A DNA stretch of 51,760 nucleotides from Octopus bimaculoides (lineage: Eukaryota), in the NCBI RefSeq assembly GCF_001194135.2, contig NC_068996.1, forward strand, positions 38,818,780-38,870,539. Reading direction: 5' to 3'. The notes below the pieces were generated by a model. The model was given only the letters and a program-made list of their open reading frames with translations, was not told the DNA's origin and ran no database searches. Made by a program: the position numbers and the translations under genes. Position 1 is the first letter of the stretch. Every line of letters starts with the position of its first letter. This document shows positions 24,496 to 36,639 of the stretch, in pieces.

Positions 24496-24540
<45 letters not shown>

Positions 24541-24557
24541 ATGGGGAAGGCTGGTTT

Positions 24558-24622
24558 ATGGGGTTACCTTAGATTTCCTGTCCATAAAAGGTTTAGCATT
24601 ATGGTGTATCATCAGATCCCAA
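24558..24622 (-). ncRNA. Type I hammerhead-like motif (variant 1, second copy)
   Basis: GGGAT-CTGATGA-TACACCATAA...TTTTATGGACAG-GAAATC-TAA-GGTA-ACCCC; flanks homologous to 9905-10005. Confidence 0.55.
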
Positions 24623-24869
24623 AACCTGTTAGCCCAAGACCTCTTAAGAATATATATATATCCAATCATGGGAAAGATTTTTAACAGGCTGTTTCAATTC
24701 ACAAGGTCAAATGTGTTTGCAAACTCAATGAAAGCAACATTGAGTTGTTGTCATTGCTCTTTGCATTTTTCTTGTGATTGTTGAAGGGAAAGGATCCTGT
24801 AACTTATAGGGTGTTCTGACCTAAATCCCCCTGAGACTAGGGGTATACACTTATAGTGATTTTCTATAT

Positions 24870-26230
24870 TTTGTTCAGGATCCTGTGCATAAATATCTTC
24901 CCAACAATCTTCAGCCAAAAGACTCTTGTGTACTTATTGCAATTGTGTTTATCCCTATTGTTTAAATATAAGGCAAAATGTTGCAGCCACTCATGTCCTA
25001 TGATATTCTCTGTACAAGAAGACTGCCTTTTGTTGTCTTCATAGCCACTGGAATGCTATCCTTTCATGCTAAGAAGACCATCAACAGTTTTACTCTGCTA
25101 TTCAGTTCCTTCAAAATTAGCAGGTATTCTACAGTGTCAAGTTTAATGTCCAAGATGTTTCCTGTGGAGTAGAGTTCAGAGCAGCACACTACCTGTCTTC
25201 TTGACTTTGTCTTTGATGAATTTGCTAGTTACACTTTTTAGTGATGCTGTCTAGCCCATGGTTGAGCCAATGGCTTTCTTGATCTTCTAAAACATTCATG
25301 GATGACACCTGTGTTAAAAACAATGACTGAATGCTTTTGAAAAGCATTCACTGCAACTGATTGTTTTTGTTTTCCAGGCCTTGCTTCTTGTTTTTAGAAC
25401 TTCTTGGGTGACCTAGGAAAAGTAGCATTTTCATTCGAGTAGCACAGCATGCTTTGCCTAAAAAAATAAAAATAAAACAGCAATGAGTTTACTTGTGTTC
25501 ACTTCAAGCAAATCCTGTGATTTGCTCCATTTCTTCTGAAAGGATTGAGTCATAAACACATTTCTCAGGTGGCAGCACTGTGTAAATATCAGGTTTAGTT
25601 GGTGCTAATCATTGCAGCAGGCATGTCTCCAAGACGTTTTGGACTGGGGTTTATTCTAGAAGTAAATGATGGCAACACACAATCTATAGAGTGCTCAAAG
25701 GTCAAGCAATCATTCCCCATTGTCATTTATGCTGCTAATCCAAGACTTTCTCAGGTAGCCTGGCCAGGAGTCTTGGTCAACATCCACTCTGGCATTAAAA
25801 TTGCTAAAAAAACTCAGTCTATTTGTCTTGTGCTGAGTTGAAGTTTGGTCTATTGACATTGATAATGTTGACAGGTACAGTGGATTTATGAAATTGAAGA
25901 AAGAAAATAAATTCTGTTGTACCTGCAATGGACTCCACCGTATTCAGCAGAGATTTTCTCACAGCAAAGCAAATGCTATTTTCTCTAGTCTCAGCTGAGC
26001 TCTTTCCCTGACAGAAAATATAGTCTCCCTCATGTAGAGATCTTGATTCTGCAATATACAGAAGTGTTGCAATGTGCACTTGATGTTTTATCAGTTTGTT
26101 ACTAATCACCTTTGTCTCACATGTGTCACTGAACTGAAAGATAATGTAACTGAATGATGAACAGCAAGCTGGCAAAAGGATAATATTAAATATCCTGAAA
26201 TGAAAGTTTCGTAGTAAAGCCACATACAAG
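24870..26230 (-). mobile_element. RTE/BovB-like LINE remnant (endonuclease to start of RT)
   Basis: ESRSLHEGD..CQGKSSAETRENSICFAVRKSLL; decayed DFNARV...NDNGE*LLDL; further RT-proximal motifs near 24900. Confidence 0.7.
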
Positions 26231-27074
26231 TGTGAATCATGAGACGATACTAGTCATATGGATATTTGCAAAACTAAAGATGGCATGGAATTCAAAGTTG
26301 CACTCGAGCTGCAATAGATGTATGTAAGAATTGTGAAATGGGAATGAACACCAGCTACAGGTGAATTTTACAGGTCATGAATGAGACATGACAAAAATTG
26401 CTTTATAGAAAGTTGAAATAAATAATATTGTTACATTGTGCTACTGTGTGTTCAATTTGAATACTAAGCTACAAGACAAAAATTAATAATCACCAGAGAA
26501 AAATCAGTTTCTGTAGTATGTGCATGTCAAACAATATGTGCTTAAGCATGTGCCAACATGTATAAAATGTTATGCAAAACAGAGTAAAAATAAAATCAGA
26601 AAAAAAAAAAACTATCTGAAGGGAAAAAAGCATGCAGTGTAAGGAAAAAAAAAACAAAGAAGAAAATAAAGAAAAAATGTTAAAATATATTATCTATTAA
26701 TTCTGTTTTTGAAATATCTCAAAGCTCAAACATAAAGCATGTAATGATAAGCATGTAAATATTGAGTTGAAAAACCCCTTTTGGACAGAAAAAGTCAAAG
26801 GTTGCCTATGAGCCTTTTTTTCCAAAAAGAGATTTTCAACAAAATATTTACAAGCTATATGTTTGTGCTTTAAGGTATTTCAAAGAAAGAATTAGTTGAC
26901 ATTCGCTTGTAAAATTCTTATGTAAAATTCACTTGTGAAATTTTTAAGCTTGTAAAATTCTTATGATATCAACAAGATATTATCAGTTGATACTGAAGTA
27001 AGAATAAAAGTCTCAAATTGCTAGATCAGGTGATGAAAATTATGGAGAGAGTCAGAGCCTAACTAATTAGGGAA

Positions 27075-28775
27075 GGAGAGAGTTAGCTTAGATGAGATGC
27101 AGTTTGGTTTTGTACTAGGGAGAAGCACCACTGATGCTATATTTCTGGCGAGGCAGCTGCAGGAGAAATACATAACCAAAGATAAACCTCTGTACTTGGC
27201 CTTTGTTGACATGGAGAAAGCCTTTGACAGGATCCCCTGGCCCCTTATCTGGTCAATGCAGAAACTAGGAATAGACAAGTGGTTTGTGAGAGCTATACAA
27301 GCTATGTACTGGGATGCAACCAGTAAGGTAAGGGTTGGCAATGAGTACAGCAAAGAATTCATGGTACAAGTAGGGGTTCACCAAGGATCGGTGCTCAGCC
27401 CACTTTTGTTCATCATAGTCCTCCAGTCAATAACAGAGGAATTCAAGACAGGCTGCCCCTGTGAACTCCTCTATGCTGATGACCTCGCTCTTAGGCTGAA
27501 TCACTACCTGAACTAGAAGTATGGAAGCAAGGTCAAGAATCGAAGGATCTTAGAGTTAACCTAGCAAAAACCAAGGTATTAGTAAGTAGGAAGGCAGACG
27601 AATTTCAAATCCCATCAGGTAGATGGCCCTGCTCAATCTGTAGAAAAGGCATAGGTAGAAACTCCATAAGATGCACCCAGTGTAAGTTTTGGACACATAA
27701 AAGGTGCAGCAATATCAGAGGAAAGTTAACAAGGAAACTAGCTTTTGTATGTGGAAGATGCACAGGTACAATAAACGCTGAAAATGGGCAGAAAATAGAC
27801 TCCATCAACTGTCAGGGGTAAAGCTAGAGGTAGTAGATAGCTTCCGTTATCTAGGTGACCAAGTTAGTAGTGAAGGTAGGTGCTCCAAGAGCATAACTTT
27901 GAGAATAAGATTAGGATGGGCAAAGTTCAGAGAACTCCTACCCCTGCTGGCAACAAAGGGTCTCTCTCTCAAGTGACAGGCAGATTGTTTGATGCCTGTG
28001 TGTGAACAACTATGTTGCGTGGTAGTGAAATGTGGGCTGTAACAGCTGAGGACATGTAGGCTTGAAAGAAATAAAGCCAGTATGCATGTTTAACAGAGTG
28101 TAAGCATCTTAAGAGAAAAGTTAGGCATAAGAGGAATCAGATGTGGTGTGCAAGAGAGACAACTGCACTGGTATGGTCATGTGATGCATATGGACAAAGA
28201 CAACTGTGTAAAGAAGTGCTGATCTTTAACTGTGGAGGGAACCTGTGGTAGAGGTAGACCCAGGAAGACATGGGATGAGGTGGTGAAGCATGATCTTCAA
28301 ACTTTGAGCCTCACAGAGGCAATGACTGGCGACCGAGACTTTTGGTAATGTGCTGTGCTTGAAAGGACCTGTCAAGCCAAGGGAACCTGTGCTGGTGACA
28401 TGTAAAGAACACCTTTTGAGCAGTGGGCCTCATGGAGGCAAAGTGGCTGAGCTCCTTTCAAGAGTTGGGCCTTATGGAGGCAATGACTAAGACCTTTGGC
28501 ATTATGTCATGCTTGAGAAGAAGACCCATCAAGCTGAGCAAAGTCACAGTTGTGGCAGATACCAGTGCCACGCAAATGACACCTGTGCCGGCGGCATGTA
28601 AAAGCACCCATTACACTCTCAGAGTGGTTGGCATTAGGAAAGGCATCCAGCTGTTGAAAACCATGCCAAATCAGACTGGAGTCTGGTGCAGCCTTCCAGC
28701 ATGCCAGCTTGGTCAAACCGTTCAACCCATGCCAGCATGGACAACAGACGTTAAATGATGATGATGATGATGAAT
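27075..28775 (+). mobile_element. RTE LINE, 5'-truncated, RT to (GAT)n tail
   Basis: ORF 27097..27516 QFGF..GRSTTDAIF..LAFVDMEKAFDRIP..GVHQGSVLSPLLF..LLYADDL. Confidence 0.9.
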
Positions 28776-29329
28776 TGGTGCCGAAAAAAAGATTCATGAA
28801 ATGTAAAAAGGAAATTGTGCTAGAATTCATGGAGGTAAGTTCAAAGACAGAGATGGCAGTATTCCATTCTAGCTGGAGATTGGTCTCCATTCATGGAGGC
28901 AAAAGGTCTAAGTACATGAAACAGAAGAATGCTGTAATTGGTCAATGGTGCTCATTTTTGAGTTAAGAAATTCATACATGGAAAAGAAGGCTTTCACATG
29001 ATGTTCTTTTGTATCTCATTAATGAAAGATATTTTCAGAGTTGAGGTACAGGATTTATCAGGATTGTTGATTGCAGCACTTGGTTTGTTTCTCTCACTTA
29101 GCTGTGTTGAGTTTCCATATTTTTTTGTTTTCAATATCAAGATTCATCATATGTTGTGTGATTTAGGTCGTACATTCTGTTGAACTTAAGCAACAGTTGT
29201 ATTTCTCAGTAAGTTGTTTATTGTTTTCTTCTAGTGGAAGAAGAGGGGGTTATTAAGTGTATTTCATAGCAGGGTGTATATGTGTTCTATGTCAGTGTTA
29301 TTGTTCTTTTATTTAGAGAGGAAGAAAAG

Positions 29330-30150
29330 CACTTGTGTCCACTACATATAAAATTACAGTTCTTTCAAGTTTTCTCAGCAAGTCATCTGTTATATTGAGG
29401 CAATTCTTTTGGTGTAATAGCTTTGGCTTACCTCAAGTTCTGCAGTTAGCTTGGTACTACGAAATGTCCATAATTGAGAGTAATAGCCTAGATGGCTGAC
29501 AAATATGATTTCTTCTCTTGTTCTGAATGATCTTGGAATTCAGCCAACCTGTTACTTGTGTATTGTTGACATCTTTGCAATAAATATATGGAATAATGCC
29601 AGTATAGTAAAAATAGATGTAAAAATACTGTTTCAATACCCAGTCATAATGCTGTAGGAGCTGTGTTTAATGGCTTCTTTCTAAAGGGAAGTTGTGCTGA
29701 ATATGATTTGTAAAATCATTTTTTTTTAATGTATTCTGTTCACCATTAAAAATTTGTTCCATGATTTTTCTGCTATTTGAAGTCAAAAAGATAGACCAGC
29801 CATTTTAATCTTCTGCTCTGCTTTGTCCATATTTTCTTTTAACTTTATGAGAGTTTCTCACTGGCAAGGGAACTGAAAATGTATCAGCAGCAGTTTTACT
29901 AGTCTTTTTTGCATGTTTTTAATAGAATTACCAGAATTGTCAAGAAACCTTCAGGGCCTGTTGCTGAGATCCAACTAACTTCATTTATGATTGACTTTAT
30001 ATTTTCTTTCTTCATGTTGATGTAATCAATGGCTGTCACTTGCCTCTGGTATTTTTATTTATATATCTCCAAGAAAAGAAGTGAAAACAATTTTTGAATT
30101 GTTCCCTCAGAGAGGTCTTCTGAAAGCAGTTCACTTATCCATAAGAACTT
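29330..30150 (-). mobile_element. CR1/L2-like LINE remnant
   Basis: SHLGYYSQLWTF...ELEVSQSYYTKRI and ATGPEGFL motifs read by eye. Confidence 0.45.
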
Positions 30151-30273
30151 TGCAGTCAGGGAGCTATTTTCTTTCAACAATGGCACTATTCTGTAATCAC
30201 TGCAACTGACTCTTGCAATTTTTTCTGCTGTTTATATTAGTCAAACTGGTGTCTTTATCTTGACTGTTGTTTT

Positions 30274-30315
30274 CACTACGTTTCGGCTGTTGTATGCTCT
30301 AGCCTTCTTCAGGTG
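30274..30315 (-). ncRNA. Minimal type I hammerhead motif, core intact (variant 3)
   Basis: CAC-CTGAAGA-A-GGCT(AGAGCATACAAC)AGCC-GAAAC-GTA-GTG; palindromic ACGT stem III typical of minimal PLE hammerheads. Confidence 0.7.
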
Positions 30316-30402
30316 TCTTGCCTTGAACTTAGCCATTATATCTGAATTTTGAAATAGGTGGATGCTTGAAATTCTGATACAATAACTGAGTTCAACAAAA
30401 GA

Positions 30403-30444
30403 CACCTGAATAAGGCTGGAGACTACAACAACCAAAACGTAGTG
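30403..30444 (+). ncRNA. Mutated copy of the minimal hammerhead
   Basis: CAC-CTGAATA-A-GGCT...AACC-AAAAC-GTA-GTG; two core substitutions. Confidence 0.5.
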
Positions 30445-30559
30445 AAAGCAACAACCAAGATGAGGACACCAGTTCAACTAATATGAAGAGTAGGCATAAT
30501 ATAAATTCTTCCTCTCAGAAATACATTGATAGAATTGTATGACTCGTAAATTTATAGAA

Positions 30560-31900
30560 AACCTCAGCAATTCTTTTTCAACTTTGGATGTCGGTATTTT
30601 CTTTGTTGTTATTCTGTTCCAGATCGTTCTGGCCACTGCACCATGCCTCATGGGAAGATAATATTTAGGAAACATTCTCTCACAGCTGGCAATAATGTGG
30701 TTGATGTCTTCACTCTTGGACTTCCACAGCATACATTTGTTGTTTTTCAATGTTTTCTGCCTCTTAAGTGATAGGTACTTGGTGAGGAGGTCTTGTTCTT
30801 GAATAGCATGGAGGTAGCCTTTGAAGTGAGGTGTCATAAACATGTCAGTACTCCATACCAAGCTCTTGACTTGATCGGTACCTTCTATGATTTATTTCTT
30901 TGTGCCAAGTACCCATGAAATAACTTCCCAGTGAACAAATCCATTTTCTTTTTATTTTGCTGTTCTGATAAATAGAATATACCAATGCTGCTTGAGGAGA
31001 GCCCAATATCAGCTCCTATTTCATCCCTCTCCTCAAGTTCACTAGCTATCCTAATGATGCTGTTTTTGTGCTTACAAACTGGGTAAGATAGTTATTGGTC
31101 GCCTTTCTTCTGCTGCAGATGTTGTTTTAGTGTCACAATATGTGCTGCTTCATATGACATCAATACAGATTTGAGACCACGACTACCATCCTTGTGTGAG
31201 AAATATAACCTGTCTTCATCTCCATTGGTGCTGAAGTTTCTTGTATCACTGAGCAACTTGTGAGTTTGGACATCTGTCTCTTTGAGTTGCTGTAGTGACC
31301 GATTCAGAAGGCCAAATGTAGATGTATGTATGTATGTATGTATGTATGTATGTATGTATGTGTGTATGTATGTATGTATGTGTGTGTGTATGTGTGTGTA
31401 TTCACATACATAAATATACACATACATATATGCATACACACATGCACACACACATACATACATACACACATAAATACTTACATATACACATACATACATA
31501 TGGAAGGAATTTGTGAGTGACATACAGTCCCTAACTCATCAAAGAGGGCAGTTACTCTGAATAAGAATCAATTTTTGCCAGTGACAAGATCCAAAGACTT
31601 TGCAGATTCAAAGACTAAAATTACACAAACTTGTAGAATCTTTTGGGAAAGGAGTCAACAGAAAGTGCCAGCTTTCTATTCAAAGAGTCTCCTGTTTATA
31701 TTGCACTGGCTTTTTGTGGTATTGTATACTTCTTGACAAGAAGATTGCATAAATAATAAAACTACTTAACTCTCACAAGCTTAATCCATCTTTACAATGC
31801 ACTCTAAGAAATACTGCTAATAGAAGATGGACCAACATATAAAAGATGAAAAATTTAGCTAATCCTCAGTGATTATGGATGTAGTAAAATGTAGTGAAAA
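30560..31900 (-). mobile_element. R4/Dong-like (RLE-type) non-LTR retrotransposon remnant, interrupted by (TGTA)n
   Basis: DRLYFSHKDGSRGLKSV; GYLHAIQEQDLLTKY..KCMLWK..EDINHIIASC..MRHGAVARTIW (decayed CCHC and RHD motifs). Confidence 0.6.
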
Positions 31901-32419
31901 CTACAAAAACTGTTGACAAACATTAAATAAAACTAAAATGACTTTTTAAACTTTTTTAGCTTATCTAACACCTTGATGAAGAAAGAAAAATTTTTTGGAT
32001 GGGAAATCTATGAGATGTAGCACAGAATTTGGTCAGTGAACAGGTCATAGTCTCAAAGTGATGAAAATATTTTGGCAAATTAAATTTAAATGTTGAAGTG
32101 AATCTAACAGTTTTTGTGTATGTTTTAAATGGCTTATAAACACCTTCCATGCTGCAATTGTTTTTGTTTCAGCACACAATCTCAGATCAGGTCACTTGCT
32201 ATGCAAGTACATTAATAAAGAAGGGATTGAGTAAAAAATGTCCCTAATACTTTAAAGGTGAACCTGATATTTGTCAGTTTTAGAGCCACTGACTGATAGT
32301 ACCACAAATATTCAAAGAATTTACTGAGAAGGTACTTTCTCCTTCAGATCTCATTATCTAAGTCAAGGGTTCCTAAACTTACTTTCTTATGGGACCCTTG
32401 TACTATTTTCCAAACATCT

Positions 32420-32640
32420 CATGAAATCAGTCTTCAATCTTTTATCTTTTTTCACTCATTGGACTGTGGCCATACTGGGGCACTGCCTTGAAGGGTTTTA
32501 GTTGAATGAATTGGTCTCAGGACTCTCTTAACTCTCACAAGCATTTTAAGCCTGATACTTAATTTACTGGTTTCTTTTGCCAAACCGCTAAGTTATGGGG
32601 ATGTAAATAAACAAATATCAGTTGTCAAGTGGATGTGAAG
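32420..32640 (-). mobile_element. SINE family 1 3' half
   Basis: ctgtggccatactggggcactgcc...ccaaaccgctaagttatggggatgtaaat. Confidence 0.6.
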
Positions 32641-32789
32641 GACAGCCACAAACATAATGACTTACACTAACATACATTGGCTTGGGAATGAAATTTGCTT
32701 AGGGAGGTGCAAACTCAAGTCCAGAGTTTTTTTTTTTTTTTACAAACAAGGTCTTTTTTTTCTTTTTTCTTTTTTTTCTCCAGAAGAAA

Positions 32790-32990
32790 CCTGACTTCAA
32801 GCTAAGTTCTATGAGCAATTTTAATGCCAAAGTGGATGTTGACTAAGATTCCTGGCCAGGCTACCTGAGAAAGTCTTGGATTAGCAGCATAAATGACAAT
32901 GAGGAATGATTGGTTGATCTTTGCACACTCTATAGATTGTGTGTCACCATCACTTTTTATGGACTGTTTTCTAAACCTGAGAAAAGTAAG
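32790..32990 (+). mobile_element. RTE/BovB-like endonuclease fragment, inverted relative to 25665-25803
   Basis: About 135 bp nearly identical to the revcomp of 25665-25803. Confidence 0.65.
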
Positions 32991-33102
32991 TAGGGCTGCA
33001 AATTTTCATTTTGCACCCTCCAAGAATTTTAGGAGGTGTGCTTGCACTCTGTGCACCCTCTGTTCCTGGGCCCATGTGCACATAGACATATATATACACA
33101 TG

Positions 33103-33133
<31 letters not shown>

Positions 33134-33138
33134 ATATA

Positions 33139-33545
33139 NNNNNNNNNNNNNNNNNNNNNNNNNNNNNNNNNNNNNNNNNNNNNNNNNNNNNNNNNNNNNN
33201 NNNNNNNNNNNNNNNNNNNNNNNNNNNNNNNNNNNNNNNNNNNNNNNNNNNNNNNNNNNNNNNNNNNNNNNNNNNNNNNNNNNNNNNNNNNNNNNNNNNN
33301 NNNNNNNNNNNNNNNNNNNNNNNNNNNNNNNNNNNNNNNNNNNNNNNNNNNNNNNNNNNNNNNNNNNNNNNNNNNNNNNNNNNNNNNNNNNNNNNNNNNN
33401 NNNNNNNNNNNNNNNNNNNNNNNNNNNNNNNNNNNNNNNNNNNNNNNNNNNNNNNNNNNNNNNNNNNNNNNNNNNNNNNNNNNNNNNNNNNNNNNNNNNN
33501 NNNNNNNNNNNNNNNNNNNNNNNNNNNNNNNNNNNNNNNNNNNNN
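33139..33545. other. Assembly gap
   Basis: N run. Confidence 1.
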
Positions 33546-34918
33546 ATATATATATATATATATATAAATGTATAACTTATTAATTTCAAATTAAAAGGTT
33601 AATTCTGTTAAAATATCCCAGCTCACAAAATGCCAGAATTTTGAACAGAACCCAAGGGTTCTTCAGAACTCCATTTGGAAAATTCTAATCTAAGTGATGT
33701 TTCAAAAACAGGTTCTTTTCTCCAGAATGTGTTAAGTGGAATATAAGAAAAAAAATTTTTTTGAGTTCAAAAGAGAACATAGAACTCTCAATTGCAACAA
33801 CATTATTCATCAACAATTCTTCGTAAGACTTGTTCCGAACATTCTACAAGTAAAGATTCAGATATTTTGAAGTTTGAAGTTTGAAGTCATAAAGTGAAAG
33901 TTGGAGGAAAAGCTTGATCAAAAATTTTTTAAAATTTCCTGGTGCTTTTTAGAGCAGTAATCATAGGGTTGAAAGGAATAAAGGCTAAAGATGTCGAGAA
34001 GTGGGAAGACTAGCATTAAAACAATATTTATTCAACAACTGAACATAATCAGCAAGACTTATAATTAAACCTGGAAAATAAGAAGACAAACTATCCATAG
34101 TAAATTGAGGAGCAATGTCAACAGTAGCTATTCCTTACCTTGTGGATCTGCACGACTGGAACAATTTTTTTAAGTGATCAAAATATCTTCCTCATTTGCT
34201 ATATATATTGCTTCAAAATAAATATATGTGATTTCGCAGATAAGTGATTGCCCATGTACAAACACTAACAAATACTTGGAAATGACAGGAAGCATAAATT
34301 GAAGCTATTATTTAAAATACATATGCAATATTGATACATACATAGATACGTACATCATTTCATTGCATAACTATATGTAAATACATGGGTTAATATATGC
34401 GTGCCTATGTGTATGAGCATGTGCATTAGCGTGTATGTGTGCATGTTAGTATAGAAACATACATATACATACATATATTATATTTATACACACACACATA
34501 CACTCATGCATATGTAAATCTAGAGAGTGAGAGAAAGAGAGATAGTGATAGATGAATAGATATAAATGTATATATAAAAAAAGTATAAGAAAGTTTAAAC
34601 ATAAATAAATGAAAATACAAACATGATGGGTACATATTTGAAACACTCATGTATTTTTATGACTACAAAGGATTATGAGGAAAACATGCCCATAAGCTTA
34701 CATACATAAGCATATAAGCCAATAAACAGACTTGGCGCAAAAGCAAACCCACACAAAAATACATCATCCCTGTCAGTGTCGCCCCCTCCAACATCACCAT
34801 TGCCACCGCTAAAAATCATCATCACCATCATCACCATTATCATCACCATGCCTCTACCGCCACTACCACCACCACCACCACCACCACCACCACCACCACC
34901 ACCATCATCGAAATCGTT

Positions 34919-35597
34919 NNNNNNNNNNNNNNNNNNNNNNNNNNNNNNNNNNNNNNNNNNNNNNNNNNNNNNNNNNNNNNNNNNNNNNNNNNNNNNNNNN
35001 NNNNNNNNNNNNNNNNNNNNNNNNNNNNNNNNNNNNNNNNNNNNNNNNNNNNNNNNNNNNNNNNNNNNNNNNNNNNNNNNNNNNNNNNNNNNNNNNNNNN
35101 NNNNNNNNNNNNNNNNNNNNNNNNNNNNNNNNNNNNNNNNNNNNNNNNNNNNNNNNNNNNNNNNNNNNNNNNNNNNNNNNNNNNNNNNNNNNNNNNNNNN
35201 NNNNNNNNNNNNNNNNNNNNNNNNNNNNNNNNNNNNNNNNNNNNNNNNNNNNNNNNNNNNNNNNNNNNNNNNNNNNNNNNNNNNNNNNNNNNNNNNNNNN
35301 NNNNNNNNNNNNNNNNNNNNNNNNNNNNNNNNNNNNNNNNNNNNNNNNNNNNNNNNNNNNNNNNNNNNNNNNNNNNNNNNNNNNNNNNNNNNNNNNNNNN
35401 NNNNNNNNNNNNNNNNNNNNNNNNNNNNNNNNNNNNNNNNNNNNNNNNNNNNNNNNNNNNNNNNNNNNNNNNNNNNNNNNNNNNNNNNNNNNNNNNNNNN
35501 NNNNNNNNNNNNNNNNNNNNNNNNNNNNNNNNNNNNNNNNNNNNNNNNNNNNNNNNNNNNNNNNNNNNNNNNNNNNNNNNNNNNNNNNNNNNNNNNN
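34919..35597. other. Assembly gap
   Basis: N run. Confidence 1.
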
Positions 35598-36160
35598 ATG
35601 TCTGCACACACAAACACACACACACATTCACGCACAAAACATAGAAATACATGTAAATCATGCCAACTTACACCAATAATAACAAAACAAATTGCAATTT
35701 GAATGGAAAGAAGCTAATAAACTAGTTATCTTGATATATACTCAGCTGTTACATATCTTTTATGATTCTTTATTAGAAAAAATAAAAAACAAAAGGAAAA
35801 GAAAAGTTCTTGTAAAGTTAATATTGGATCCAGTTGATAATGAATTTAATATAAGTCAACTTCCTTCACATCACCATAATATTTGGAATAAATCTGATTA
35901 GAGAGCAAATTCTAAATATTACTTTCACACAAAAATCTTTGTTAACATGTCAAACTGGTGACTCCTCCCATCACACTTGTGTCTAACCAATCCCAGACTC
36001 TGCACTAATCTGTACAAAGACCTTCCTTCTCAAAATGTTGTCCCTCTGGAATCCCTTCCCTGCTCTTGTCCTTATTGTTGCCTGCAGTTGTTGACTTGCA
36101 AAAGTTCAAAAGGAAAGTTCCTGGCATCAAGCTCGTTGGTCTTGAAGGGCTTGTATAGGG

Positions 36161-36350
36161 TATAGGCACTGTCCATTCCTCTGGAACCAGTAAGTCAAAA
36201 GAAAAAAAAAAAAAAAAGGAGAGTAGAAAATTAGCAAGATGTCTCACAGAGTGGGACTGAACCCAAAACCACATGGTTGCAAAGTGAGGTGGATAATCTT
36301 ATTTTTTTATTTTACTTACCGGTTCCGGAGGAATGGGCAGAACCTGCATA
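36161..36350. repeat. Short inverted-repeat pair of about 40 bp around a SINE head fragment
   Basis: ctgtccattcctctggaaccagtaagt (+, 36168) versus ctgcccattcctccggaaccggtaagt (-, from about 36340). Confidence 0.7.
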
Positions 36351-36367
36351 TGTGTGTGTGTGTGTAG

Positions 36368-36408
<41 letters not shown>

Positions 36409-36639
36409 GTATATTATGTATAAATGTAAATACACATAAGCACACATCCACAGACACACACAGGGAAAGCCTCTGGCTCATCAAGAGTCACTGCTGAGAT
36501 ACTTAAAATCTCTGGTAGAGTGGGATATAACCTGGTCACCCATGTAGTTAATAAGTTTGTTCACGGGGGAGTCATACCAAATGGCTGCTGTAGTAGCATT
36601 ACAGTCAGCTGCTAAAAAGGCAAAGGCGATGCCTTAGAC

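Larger units (their letters stand above)
30231..30487. repeat. Imperfect 257-bp palindrome carrying two divergent hammerhead motifs
   Basis: Arms 30231-30319 and 30399-30487 are inverted copies; the spacer is partly self-complementary. Confidence 0.85.

Noticed and set aside
36319-36342. Apparent 24-nt microexon VLPIPPEP with CAG acceptor and GTAAGT donor
   Set aside because: The same sequence occurs inverted at 36161-36205, so it looks like a terminal inverted repeat, and the acceptor has no pyrimidine tract.
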